64,000 bases of DNA from an uncultured Methanosarcinales archaeon. GTDB lineage: Archaea > Nanobdellota > Nanobdellia > Woesearchaeales > CAYVYK01. Below are positions 29,672 to 40,109 of this stretch, one piece after another; positions within the stretch are counted from its first letter, which is position 1, and every line of letters begins with the position of its first letter. Below the pieces are notes generated by a model. That model was not told the origin of the DNA and searched no databases. It saw only the letters and a program-made list of their open reading frames with translations. Both the position numbers and the translations under genes were made by a program. The DNA is taken from NCBI GenBank assembly GCA_964455675.1, contig CAYVYK010000003.1:1-64000 (forward strand), written 5' to 3'.

Positions 29672-32600
29672 ATGAGCACCATCACTAAGTTGCTCATTTT
29701 TTTTATTTTTGGAATACTCTCAGCTACTGCAGTACTCGCAGTTCCAGCATGCAGCGACAACTTTGATAATGACAACGATGGATATTGCGACTATGATGGC
29801 TGCAGCGAAATGATGCCAGACCCGCAGTGCAGTGGTCCGAGCGACAACGACGAGTATCCCCAGGACAATGGGCCTATAGAACAGTGCCGTGATGGCATTG
29901 ATAACGATGGTGATGGTGCTACTGACTTCCCTGCCGATTTTTCTTGTTCAAGCGCCGTAGACAATGATGAGGCGCATCCGTATGCGGCATGTCAGGATAA
30001 TTTTGATAATGATAATGACGGTTTCTGTGACTATGACGGATGCCTTGGGCTTCCTCCTGATCCACGCTGCTCAAACTTCCAGGACAATGATGAATATCCG
30101 CAAGACAATCCTCCGCTTGAGCAGTGCCGTGATGGTATTGATAATGACGGTGATGGCGCTGTTGATTTTCCTGCTGACTTCTCTTGTTCAAGCGCTGTAG
30201 ACAATGATGAGGCTTATCCGTATGCAGCGTGCGAGGACAATTTTGATAATGATAATGACGGATTCTGCGACTATGACGGATGCAGTGGAATGCCACCTGA
30301 TCCCCGGTGCACGAGTTACCAAGATAATGATGAATATCCGCAGGACAATCCTCCGCTTGAGCAGTGCCGCGATGGCATTGATAATGACGGTGATGGTGCT
30401 GTAGACTATCCTGCTGACTATTCTTGCTCGAGCTCTGTGGATAATGATGAATCGTATCCCAAGGCGCAGTGCGAGGATAATTTTGATAATGATAATGACG
30501 GTTTCTGTGATTTTGACGGCTGTGCTGGAATGCCTGCTGATCCTCGATGCTCAAGCTATCAGGATAACGATGAGTATCCGCAAGACAATCCTCCGCTTGA
30601 GCAGTGCCGTGATGGTATTGATAATGACGGTGATGGTGCTGTAGACTATCCTGCTGACTATTCTTGCTCGAGCTCTGTGGATAATGATGAATCGTATCCC
30701 AAGGCGCAGTGCCAGGATGATATTGACAATGATAATGACGGATTCTGTGACTATGACGGATGCAGCGGAATGCCACCTGATCCCCGGTGCACGAGTTACC
30801 AAGATAATGATGAGTGGCCTCAGGATAATGGACCTATAGAGCAGTGCCGTGACGGAATCGATAATGATGGTGATGGCGCAATCGATTATCCTGCCGACTA
30901 TTCTTGTTCTAGCCTTGTTGACAATGACGAGAGTACTCCACGAGCGCAGTGCCAGGATGATATTGATAATGATAATGACGGTTTCTGTGATTTTGACGGC
31001 TGTGCTGGAATGCCTGCTGATCCTCGATGCTCAAGCTATCAGGATAACGATGAGTATCCGCAAGACAATCCTCCGCTTGAGCAGTGCCGTGATGGTATTG
31101 ATAATGACGGTGATGGTGCTGTAGACTATCCTGCTGACTATTCTTGTTCAAGCTCTGTGGATAATGATGAATCGAATCCCAAGGCGCAGTGCCAGGATGA
31201 TATTGATAATGATAATGATGGATTCTGTGATTATGATGGATGCCTTGGGCTTCCTCCTGATCCTCGATGCTCAAGCTATCAGGACAATGACGAATTCCCA
31301 CGTGACGATCTGCCAGTGGAACAATGCCGTGACGGAATTGACAATGACGCTGATGGCGCCATAGACTATCCTGCTGACTTCTCGTGCTCAAGCGCTACCG
31401 ATACTGATGAAACATATCCCAAGGCGCAGTGCCAGGATGATATTGACAACGATCAAGACGGATTCTGCGACTATGACGGTTGTGGCGGAATGCCTGCTGA
31501 TCCAGGATGCGTGAGCTTCCAGGACAACAGCGAACTTCCTTATGATGGATGCATAGACACAGATGGAGATGGTGTTTGTGATTCAAATGACAACTGCCCC
31601 TATGCCTACAATCCTGGACAGGAAGACAGTGACTATGATACACTCGGAGATGCATGTGACATCTGCCCGATGGATGATGAGAACGACTACGACGGAGATG
31701 GGATATGTGGAAACGATGACAATTGCAGATACACATACAACCCATCTCAAGAGGATACCGACTATGACGGCGTCGGAGATTACTGCGACATGTGCCCGAA
31801 CGATCCACAAAACGATGCGGATGGCGACGGGTACTGCTCAGACAATGACAACTGTCCGCTCGTATTCAACCCAGGGCAAGAGGATAGCGACCACGACGGC
31901 ATTGGAGACGCATGCGATTATGGTAACACACTCACAATCGACGTGAAGAATGTCAATACCCACCAGCCAATCTCAGGTGCAGACGTTACATTCAGAGGCA
32001 TGGTTTACACCACGAGTCCTTCTGGAAGCGTCGTCATCACTAATGTTGCGCCCGGTACATACGCATATATTGTCACTCACGATGATTACTATCCACTCTT
32101 TGGAGATATCACCATGCCCGGACACGACTTTGGCGTCGTAGTCTACATGACCCCATTACCTCCAATCAATCATGCACCAATCATCATCAGCACACCTGTC
32201 ACGGAAGGACAAGTATCCTTGCTCTACACCTACGATGTTGATGCGATTGATTATGATAATGATACACTGAACTATTACTTACTCCTCGCTCCGGGAGGAA
32301 TGAGCATCAACAGCATTACCGGACTTGTTCAATGGACTCCCTCACAATCTGGAACGTACCAGGTCGGCGTTGGAGTATCCGACGGTAATGGAGGCAGTGA
32401 CACGCAGTACTTTAGCATCATTGTTGGAGGAACCGCAAATCACGATCCGATCATCACATCAACACCCATCCTCAACGGACAGGTGGGAACACTCTATAGC
32501 TATGATGTTGAAGCGTATGACCCAGATGGGGACTTCATTAACTACAGTCTTCCTGTCAAACCAGTGGGTATGAGCATCAATACGATGACCGGCATCATCC

Positions 32601-34537
32601 AGTGGATTCCATCGGCATCACAAGAAGGACTCAATGCAGTCACTGTCTTAGTGATGGACACACACGGCGGATATGACACGCAGTCATATACTATTGATGT
32701 CAGTGAGACAGTGAACCACCCGCCAGTTGCGGACTTCACTTATACTCCACTCCACCCTATTGCTGGTGAAGTTGTGCAATTCACATCCACCTCATATGAT
32801 CCTGATGGCGATACCCTCTATTACCTCTGGGACCTTGATGGGGATGGAACTATTGACAGTACACAGCAAAATCCACAGGGGATCTACCCCACGCCAGGAA
32901 CATATTATGTAACACTCAACGTTTCCGATACCATCCACCAAAGCTCAATCACGAAACAGTTGAACATCCAGAACAATGGAACAATCATCGTCGATAGTCT
33001 TGACTGCTTCGAAACTGTCATTGTCGATCATGAACAAAGCTGCAGTGTTTTTGTCAGCGATGATCAAGGACAGGTTACGGGCAATGCGCACGTGACTATC
33101 CGATATCTTGACGGAACACTCTTTGGAACTTGCATAACAAACCCACTCAGCGGTGGATGCCAAGTGATCCATGTCGAGCACAATCTGGGAATCTATACTG
33201 TGTACGCAACGGCAGAGAAAACCGGATATGAGTCTGATGGCGACGAGCAGCCACAGTTCACGTACGAAGTCATTGCACAAAGGTATGATATCATGAACCT
33301 GCATGTATACAATGACAGCCTATTCTCACATCAGGATTATGACTTCTATCGCGGTGAAGACATGTACGTGAGTTTCCAAGTCTACGATCAATTCCTTGGT
33401 GGCTTTGTGCATGACATCGTTACAGCGGCAGAACTCGTGAGTCCTCCTGGAGGGGTTGCGGTCCTTTCAGAAGTTGGAGGTATCGGCGAACCTGCGACGT
33501 ACTACTACTCACTCACACCGATTCCGCCAACGCATGACTTCCTTGGAGAAAGTCAAGCATTTGCATTCGCATTCGATTATACGGATCACACTGGAGGACA
33601 GGAATACGTGAATCTCACAATCCGTAATAATCCTCCGTACATACAACCACAGATACCTTCGCTCACTACGCCTCATGATGTTATACTCACGTTTAATCTT
33701 GAGCCATACGGGCACGACCTTGAAGACCCATCGAGCATACTTACTTGGGCGGTCAGTGGTGGCAGTCAAGGAAAATTCGTTGCTTCGATCAATGGCGGAC
33801 GTACCCTACGGATCGTACCACTCGCACCGGGCAATGATAGCATAACCCTCCATGTCTACGATCTTGACGGAGACCATGTATCCCAGACGGTTACTGTGAG
33901 TATCACTCCACAGGATCATGAACCCCCTTTTATCGTGGTTGTACATCCGATCAACAATTCAGTATTCCATTATGGAGACGTTCCACTCAATGTGAGCCTC
34001 AATGAAGTTGGTACATGTATCTATACACTCAATGGAAAACCAGCATTAACACTCTTTACGCTTGGCACCTATGGATCTGCAATCATGCAATCACAAGAAG
34101 GGGAGAATGTTGTAGACATACGATGCAGTGATCTTCGCGATAACGAAGCGGGCATAACAGTGCATTACTTTGTCCATACCAACATTCCGCGTCCAGAAGA
34201 ACCGTTCGTTCCTACACCAGATGAGTCACTGCGCGTGGACAACATCCATTTCCTCAAGGGAGAAGTCTACTCACCTGGAGAAACACTTGACTTTGTCCTG
34301 AAGTTTGACAACGATGGTGATATGGATCTTGACAACATCAAGGTTGTTGCGATGGTTCCAGAGCTTGGCATGCGGCGCGCAGTCGGTCCACTCAAACTCA
34401 CCGAAAATGAGAAAGAGAGCAGGATGATATCGCTCGAAATACCTGATGATGCAGCTCCTGGCATGTACTGGGCCAGGTTCACCATTGGGGACGGAACACT
34501 CAACAGAATCAAACACCGGCCATTCTGGATCCGGTAA
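29672..34537 (+). CDS. Large secreted surface protein: Cys/Asp tandem repeats, TSP3, Ig (He_PIG-like), PKD, CARDB-like
   Basis: Signal peptide after GAGGT SD; NHAPII, PVADFTY..WDLDGDG motifs; start at ATG 29672. Confidence 0.9.
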   Translation: MSTITKLLIFFIFGILSATAVLAVPACSDNFDNDNDGYCDYDGCSEMMPDPQCSGPSDNDEYPQDNGPIEQCRDGIDNDGDGATDFPADFSCSSAVDNDEAHPYAACQDNFDNDNDGFCDYDGCLGLPPDPRCSNFQDNDEYPQDNPPLEQCRDGIDNDGDGAVDFPADFSCSSAVDNDEAYPYAACEDNFDNDNDGFCDYDGCSGMPPDPRCTSYQDNDEYPQDNPPLEQCRDGIDNDGDGAVDYPADYSCSSSVDNDESYPKAQCEDNFDNDNDGFCDFDGCAGMPADPRCSSYQDNDEYPQDNPPLEQCRDGIDNDGDGAVDYPADYSCSSSVDNDESYPKAQCQDDIDNDNDGFCDYDGCSGMPPDPRCTSYQDNDEWPQDNGPIEQCRDGIDNDGDGAIDYPADYSCSSLVDNDESTPRAQCQDDIDNDNDGFCDFDGCAGMPADPRCSSYQDNDEYPQDNPPLEQCRDGIDNDGDGAVDYPADYSCSSSVDNDESNPKAQCQDDIDNDNDGFCDYDGCLGLPPDPRCSSYQDNDEFPRDDLPVEQCRDGIDNDADGAIDYPADFSCSSATDTDETYPKAQCQDDIDNDQDGFCDYDGCGGMPADPGCVSFQDNSELPYDGCIDTDGDGVCDSNDNCPYAYNPGQEDSDYDTLGDACDICPMDDENDYDGDGICGNDDNCRYTYNPSQEDTDYDGVGDYCDMCPNDPQNDADGDGYCSDNDNCPLVFNPGQEDSDHDGIGDACDYGNTLTIDVKNVNTHQPISGADVTFRGMVYTTSPSGSVVITNVAPGTYAYIVTHDDYYPLFGDITMPGHDFGVVVYMTPLPPINHAPIIISTPVTEGQVSLLYTYDVDAIDYDNDTLNYYLLLAPGGMSINSITGLVQWTPSQSGTYQVGVGVSDGNGGSDTQYFSIIVGGTANHDPIITSTPILNGQVGTLYSYDVEAYDPDGDFINYSLPVKPVGMSINTMTGIIQWIPSASQEGLNAVTVLVMDTHGGYDTQSYTIDVSETVNHPPVADFTYTPLHPIAGEVVQFTSTSYDPDGDTLYYLWDLDGDGTIDSTQQNPQGIYPTPGTYYVTLNVSDTIHQSSITKQLNIQNNGTIIVDSLDCFETVIVDHEQSCSVFVSDDQGQVTGNAHVTIRYLDGTLFGTCITNPLSGGCQVIHVEHNLGIYTVYATAEKTGYESDGDEQPQFTYEVIAQRYDIMNLHVYNDSLFSHQDYDFYRGEDMYVSFQVYDQFLGGFVHDIVTAAELVSPPGGVAVLSEVGGIGEPATYYYSLTPIPPTHDFLGESQAFAFAFDYTDHTGGQEYVNLTIRNNPPYIQPQIPSLTTPHDVILTFNLEPYGHDLEDPSSILTWAVSGGSQGKFVASINGGRTLRIVPLAPGNDSITLHVYDLDGDHVSQTVTVSITPQDHEPPFIVVVHPINNSVFHYGDVPLNVSLNEVGTCIYTLNGKPALTLFTLGTYGSAIMQSQEGENVVDIRCSDLRDNEAGITVHYFVHTNIPRPEEPFVPTPDESLRVDNIHFLKGEVYSPGETLDFVLKFDNDGDMDLDNIKVVAMVPELGMRRAVGPLKLTENEKESRMISLEIPDDAAPGMYWARFTIGDGTLNRIKHRPFWIR
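29750..31535 (+). repeat. Intragenic tandem repeat, exact 240-bp (80-aa) period, ~7.5 copies
   Basis: CA(G/A)TGCCG recurs at 29882, 30122, 30362, 30602, 30842, 31082, 31322. Confidence 0.97.
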
Positions 34538-34666
34538 GTTATCACTTTGAAATGCTCTGTTATTATAACTACTGGAGCATAACAACAAATAGAAACATTT
34601 AAATATGAGAACGGAATTAGAGAGCATGATTATTATCTACGAAAAAACCAATAAGGGGGCGCTAGA

Positions 34667-35959
34667 ATGAAGATAAAGAATTTCGTAATGTTTGGATTTA
34701 TCTCCATCTGCCTGCTGGTGCTCCTCGGGGCTGCGTATGCAACCATCGAGGTGCAGAAAGTCGAGGTTGACGATGAAGTCGTCAGCGAAACCGACGCAAA
34801 CAGGCTCGATGTGGAACGCGGCAACGACATTGAAGTTTCAATACGACTCAGATCAGATGTCGACATGGAAGATGTCGAGATCGAAGCATTCATCTCGGGA
34901 TACGAACACAGTGATCGTGACCGAATTTCTGACAACGTCGGACCATTCGACATGGACGCAAATACCAGCTACGTGAAATATGTCACGCTCGGACTGCCAG
35001 ACCTTGTCGATGAGGACTCATACCTCCTCCGCATCATCGTCAGCGACCGCTACGGAGATGCAGAAGTCCTACAGTACAAACTCAAAGTAGATGTCCCAAG
35101 GCACAGCGTGCAAGTAAAGGACATAATCCTCAACCCTGATGGAGAAGTCAAGGCAGGACGAGCACTGCTCGTCACAGTCCGCGCTGAAAATTTCGGCGAG
35201 AAGGACGAAGACTCCGTCAAGGTACGCGTCAGCATACCGGAACTCGGTATCACAGCTTCAGAATATATCGATGAAGTGGAATCAGAGCCTGACGACAACA
35301 CCGAAGATTCTGAGGAACTCTTCCTCCGCATCCCAGAAGATGCAAAGGCAGGTGTCTACACCGTGCGTGCAGAACTTTCCTTTAACGATGGATATGACAA
35401 AGTAACCAAGGAAACAACCATCAGAGTACTCGAGGCGGAAGATGTACAGGAAGAAACACCTGAAACCCCAGCATCAAAGACCATCATCGCCATCTCAACA
35501 AGCGCCCAAGACATTGCGAAGGGAGCAGCCGGAGCAGTCTACCCTGTGACTATCACAAACAGCGGAGCAGATAGCAAGGCATACACCCTCGTTGTTGACG
35601 GTGCCGACGAATGGGCAGATGTTCGGATCACACCAAGCAACAGCATGGTCATCAACGGCGGCGAGTCACGAGTAATGTATATCTACGTAACTGCCCGCGA
35701 GGGAGCGAGCGTCGGCCAGAAGGTATTCACCGTTTCAGTCAACTCAAACGGAGAAACCCTCAAGCAGATCCCGCTCAGCGCGAACGTTGTTGCTGGACAG
35801 CAAACACAGGAACCAACTAACTTACGAAGGGCACTTGAGATCGGCCTCATTGTACTTGTGCTGATTCTCATCATCCTTGCGTTCGTGGTAGGATTCCGCA
35901 AGTCCCGCAAGGACGAAGGGGAGTCTGACGAGGAACCAACCTCGCAGACTTACTATTAA
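34667..35959 (+). CDS. Acidic secreted protein with Ig/CARDB-like domains and C-terminal TM anchor
   Basis: Signal peptide, beta-rich acidic domains, C-terminal TM, tail ending TYY. Confidence 0.8.
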   Translation: MKIKNFVMFGFISICLLVLLGAAYATIEVQKVEVDDEVVSETDANRLDVERGNDIEVSIRLRSDVDMEDVEIEAFISGYEHSDRDRISDNVGPFDMDANTSYVKYVTLGLPDLVDEDSYLLRIIVSDRYGDAEVLQYKLKVDVPRHSVQVKDIILNPDGEVKAGRALLVTVRAENFGEKDEDSVKVRVSIPELGITASEYIDEVESEPDDNTEDSEELFLRIPEDAKAGVYTVRAELSFNDGYDKVTKETTIRVLEAEDVQEETPETPASKTIIAISTSAQDIAKGAAGAVYPVTITNSGADSKAYTLVVDGADEWADVRITPSNSMVINGGESRVMYIYVTAREGASVGQKVFTVSVNSNGETLKQIPLSANVVAGQQTQEPTNLRRALEIGLIVLVLILIILAFVVGFRKSRKDEGESDEEPTSQTYY

Positions 35960-35999
35960 TTTTTTTTCGCCCCCCTTTTTTTTCTCTTTTATCCTTTTT
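35960..35999 (+). terminator. Oligo-T archaeal terminator
   Basis: Several T-runs immediately after the stop codon. Confidence 0.6.
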
Positions 36000-36012
36000 G
36001 GAGGACCTGCTC

Positions 36013-38808
36013 ATGATGCTATCGCGACCGCGCAGACGCGCATACATCGAAAGTGTGGTACTCCTGATATCCTTATTCTTGATCAGCTCTGCAGCGTATG
36101 CCCTTGACTTCAACGTCCAAGGCCCGTACCAGGAGATCAGTGTCTGCAAATGCGGAACGACTGTGAATACATTCACGATCACGAACCTAGCTCAGCAGGA
36201 TGTAGCACTCATTGAGATCATCAACGATACTGCCACGGTGACAAATACCGTGCAGTCAGTACCACTTGCATTCGGAGTAAGCTCGACTGGACTTATGCCT
36301 TCATGGTACCGATTTTCTGAAAACGTATTCCAAGTTGGATCAGGAGAGCAGTACATCGTAGAACAATACATCACCATTCCGTGCAGTGCACGAGCACAGC
36401 GATACACACAGACTGTTACTTTTACTGCATCGAACGGAGAGACAACGACCTACGTACAGACGATAGGAGCGCAACAATGCAGTGCGCTTGAAATGACTCC
36501 GACGCAAGGAACAATCATTGCTAACCCGTGCGAAACTGGCACATTTGAAATTACGCTTGCAAATACACAAGCATTTGAGGAAACATATCAACTCAGTGCA
36601 TCTCCAGCCGCGCTTGGACTGCAGCTTAGCGAATCAACTGTGAGTCTTCTCCCTGGCAGCACACGAACGGTCTATCTTTATACTAACCCACCTTGCGAAG
36701 TTTATGGGTCACATGAAATCACGATCAAAGCACGATCACGCCAGACAGGAGCGACATACATATTATCTCCACTCACGCTTCAGATCCAGCGAACATACCT
36801 ATTCCATGTGATAGCCCTCAAGGAAGGAGCAACGCTTGAGAATCCTCTACCACAAACAGCACCGCTTACCGTATGCCAAGGCATTACGCAGCAGGTTAAC
36901 CTTGCAGTTCAGAATCTGAACGATTTTACCAATACATTCTCACTCACCGCATCAAAACCAACATGGGTCGGATTTAGCAATGGTAAAGTTACACTCGGAC
37001 CACAAGAAGGAACAACTATCCCAATTACCGTCGCACCTTTGCCATACAATCCAGATAATCCGGAGGACACGTCCATAGAAACACAAGCACATATCGTAAC
37101 TATCAAGGGAGTGAGCGAAAAGGGAAGAGCGGTCAGTACCGCAACTTTCGCTATCAACGTCGAACCATGCTTTCGCACGGTACCACAATTCCCATCTCGC
37201 ATAACCATCAACCGAAGCTCGCAGGAATTACCACTATCATTCCAAAACCTTGGAACACGTGATGCTCTGTACAATGTTACTGTTGTGCAAGCACCTATGT
37301 GGGTCACACTTGAGTCAACATCCCTCCCCGCTCAATCAGGAGAACTTTCAACACTTATCCTTACTCTTGCGCCATCAGCAGATACTCCCTCAGGATCATA
37401 TCCTGTGACTGTTGAGCTTGTGGAATATGGTATACCTTACAGACACACCATTAACCTAAAGATACCAATGACACAGACCTATATTATCACGATCCTCGCA
37501 ATCGTCGGTGGACTGTTCATCGTTCTACTCCTTATCATCATCCTGCTATTCGTTTCAAGGAAACGATCAGAACAGAAGAAGAAAGAAGCTGAAGAACTCT
37601 GGACAAAAACCGCACGCACCGAACAAGAACCAAAGGCAGCAACTACCAAGTCAGGAGAACCACCTGCTGATCGACGGAAACGGATGCTCCCAATCATTCT
37701 CATCATCCTTGGGGTCCTCATCGTACTCCTTGTGGCACTGATCGCACTCTTCAATTATGTCAGACTCCCAATACTCTCACCGAATGGAACTCTCGTCACA
37801 AACGTTACACCAATACCATCGCCAACACTTGAACCCTTGATTACACCAACCCCAGTCGTGACACCACTACTTGAACCTGGCATCTTGAACATCACAAACG
37901 CAACACTTACGAATGCTACTGGTACAAACGGGTATCCCCTTGGTGGATCATCGCTCCTCATAATCGGCGCTGTCATCCTCATATTGCTCTTCCTTGCATG
38001 CTGCTTCATTATACCATTCATTATTGTTCGGCGAGGAAAAACCGCCGCACAAAAGGAGATTGCGCGGCCTACCAAACCGGTCAAGAAAGTAGCTTTGCAG
38101 CGTAAAGTCCAGAAGAAATCAGGACGACGTACATCTTATGTTTGGGTTATTCTTACCGGAATCATCCTCGTCGTTCTCGCAGCAGTCCTCGCAGCCATAT
38201 TCCTTGTACCTTGGAAGAGCTTGCCACTCAACCAAGTGGGAAACATCACTAATGTATCGCAAAACATCACCGAGAATATCACACTCACTCCTACAGCAAC
38301 TCCTACACCGACTATACCACCAACTCCTACACCGACAGTTACACCAAATGTCACAGAGACACCAGTTGCTACAGAGATTCCCGTGAATACCACACCACCG
38401 TTTGATTTCACGCCATACAGCTGCGCATTTGGGCTGGAAGTGGGGAGTCCAACACAGTTCGACCTCAATGATTATTTCAACGATCCTGATAATGACACGC
38501 TTAATTTCAGTATCAGTAGCTCCCCATTCCTTGTTGAGGCGGAAATCACAGACTCAATCCTTGAGCTACGGCCGCCTGCTGGATTCATTGGGGTTGACAA
38601 TATCACAATCACCGCGAACGATCAGAAGGGTGGAAATTCCACAAGCGGCAGTGTAACTATCTGCGTTGGACCCGAACTACAGAGGGGATACACATCCTGG
38701 CTTGGAACTCAGATTAAGGGATACATGGATTACATTATCGTCGGAGTGCTTATCCTTATCATTATTATTATTCTCTATTCCTTCGCCACGAGTTCTCGCA
38801 AGAATTAA
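36013..38808 (+). CDS. Multi-pass membrane surface protein with Ig-like ectodomains and Pro/Thr-rich linkers
   Basis: GGAGG SD; signal peptide plus 5 TMs; many N-x-S/T sequons. Confidence 0.8.
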   Translation: MMLSRPRRRAYIESVVLLISLFLISSAAYALDFNVQGPYQEISVCKCGTTVNTFTITNLAQQDVALIEIINDTATVTNTVQSVPLAFGVSSTGLMPSWYRFSENVFQVGSGEQYIVEQYITIPCSARAQRYTQTVTFTASNGETTTYVQTIGAQQCSALEMTPTQGTIIANPCETGTFEITLANTQAFEETYQLSASPAALGLQLSESTVSLLPGSTRTVYLYTNPPCEVYGSHEITIKARSRQTGATYILSPLTLQIQRTYLFHVIALKEGATLENPLPQTAPLTVCQGITQQVNLAVQNLNDFTNTFSLTASKPTWVGFSNGKVTLGPQEGTTIPITVAPLPYNPDNPEDTSIETQAHIVTIKGVSEKGRAVSTATFAINVEPCFRTVPQFPSRITINRSSQELPLSFQNLGTRDALYNVTVVQAPMWVTLESTSLPAQSGELSTLILTLAPSADTPSGSYPVTVELVEYGIPYRHTINLKIPMTQTYIITILAIVGGLFIVLLLIIILLFVSRKRSEQKKKEAEELWTKTARTEQEPKAATTKSGEPPADRRKRMLPIILIILGVLIVLLVALIALFNYVRLPILSPNGTLVTNVTPIPSPTLEPLITPTPVVTPLLEPGILNITNATLTNATGTNGYPLGGSSLLIIGAVILILLFLACCFIIPFIIVRRGKTAAQKEIARPTKPVKKVALQRKVQKKSGRRTSYVWVILTGIILVVLAAVLAAIFLVPWKSLPLNQVGNITNVSQNITENITLTPTATPTPTIPPTPTPTVTPNVTETPVATEIPVNTTPPFDFTPYSCAFGLEVGSPTQFDLNDYFNDPDNDTLNFSISSSPFLVEAEITDSILELRPPAGFIGVDNITITANDQKGGNSTSGSVTICVGPELQRGYTSWLGTQIKGYMDYIIVGVLILIIIIILYSFATSSRKN

Positions 38809-38859
38809 ATCAAGATACACCATACTCAGAGATATGATTTGTCCAGTAATCACTGAGCT

Positions 38860-38875
38860 CACTGGGGCTGCTGGG
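38860..38875. repeat. 16-bp direct copy of tRNA-Pro 3' end and flank (CACTGGGGCTGCTGGG)
   Basis: Identical to 38925..38940. Confidence 0.85.
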
Positions 38876-38927
38876 TATATAGAAATTCTTCGAATTTCTG
38901 TCACCCATTATTCCCATTGCTTTGCAC

Positions 38928-39000
38928 TGGGGCTGCTGGGATTCGAACCCAGATTGTAGCGTCCCGAACGCTAAGTGATACCAAGTTACACTACAGCCCC
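38928..39000 (-). tRNA. tRNA-Pro(CGG)
   Basis: GGGGCTG/CAGCCCC acceptor, TAGCG-TTCGGGA-CGCTA anticodon arm, TTCGAAT T-loop. Confidence 0.95.
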
Positions 39001-39083
39001 TTGATCTGTACGTGTTCTCGAGAGGGTTTTTTAATGTTGTGCTTGCCATTAGTTTAATATACCGCTCATGGAACTTCCACGAT

Positions 39084-40109
39084 ATGATAGATCTGTCAGA
39101 CTATGTGTATGATTTACCTCCCGGGCTTATTGCGCAAAAACCTCTCGCACGAAAGGAAGCAGCGCGATTGATGGTCCTTGGAAGGGAAACGATGCACCGT
39201 AAGTTCTCCGATATCCTGGAGTATCTCCATTCTGGAGATGTACTTGTTATCAATACCACAAAAGTCATGCCCAGCAGACTGGTTGGCAGCAAATACACCG
39301 GCTCTCGGGTAGAGATCACGCTCACTTCATCAACACCAGATCCGCATGTATGGCAAGGCCATATCAAGGCTAACCATCCACGCATTGGGATGCAACTGCA
39401 GTTCCCTCATCATCTGTCTGCTGTAATCATCAACATCTCCGGCGATGTCTACACGTATCGCTTCAATACTGCAGTAACACCTGCGTACCTCAGAAAGTAC
39501 GGAACATTGCCATTTCCTACGTATGTAAGGAGACCAAAGGTTACGCCGCGAGAATACCAAACGATCTACGCGCAGCAGGAGGGAAGCGTTGCAGCGCCAA
39601 CTGCGGGACTTCATTTCTCCCGAGAATTAATTGCTAAGATCAAGAAGAGAGGTATCAAGATCGCAAAAGTATGCCTTCATGTATCGTACGGCACGTTTCT
39701 TCCAGTACGAAAGGAGATGTTCGTCAGTAGGAAAATGCGACCGGAATACGTAATCATCGACAAGAAAACGTGTGATATCATCAACAACCGCAAGGGGAGG
39801 CTCTTTGTCGTCGGAACAACAAGCCTCAAAGCTCTTGAAAGCGCGGCAAATGCGCAAGGAGTGATACATCCCTTCAACCAGAACTCCGAACTTTTCATCT
39901 TTCCAGGATACAAATTCAAAACGCGCGTTGATGGATTCATCACAAATTTTCACCTGCCAAGGTCAAGCCTCCTCTTGCTTGTCAGCGCATTCTATGGACG
40001 AAAAAGAATACTCGCTGCGTATCTGGAAGCGATCAGACTTCGCTATCGGTTCTATAGCTTTGGGGATGCGATGTTGATTTTAAGAAAATCTATGCCACGC
40101 AAAACATAA
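39084..40109 (+). CDS. queA: S-adenosylmethionine:tRNA ribosyltransferase-isomerase
   Basis: YDLP..LIAQ.P, YQTIYA, GSVAAPTAGLHF, LHVSYGTF.P, VGTTS, TNFHLPRS, YRFYSFGDAM. Confidence 0.96.
   Translation: MIDLSDYVYDLPPGLIAQKPLARKEAARLMVLGRETMHRKFSDILEYLHSGDVLVINTTKVMPSRLVGSKYTGSRVEITLTSSTPDPHVWQGHIKANHPRIGMQLQFPHHLSAVIINISGDVYTYRFNTAVTPAYLRKYGTLPFPTYVRRPKVTPREYQTIYAQQEGSVAAPTAGLHFSRELIAKIKKRGIKIAKVCLHVSYGTFLPVRKEMFVSRKMRPEYVIIDKKTCDIINNRKGRLFVVGTTSLKALESAANAQGVIHPFNQNSELFIFPGYKFKTRVDGFITNFHLPRSSLLLLVSAFYGRKRILAAYLEAIRLRYRFYSFGDAMLILRKSMPRKT

Noticed and set aside
29750..31535. Regular repeat array as CRISPR or DGR template/variable repeat
   Set aside because: In-frame 240-bp coding repeats with no unique spacers; no cas or reverse transcriptase in the window.
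29919..31808. His/Met-rich alternative-frame ORFs
   Set aside because: Shadows of GAT/AAT-rich repeat codons.
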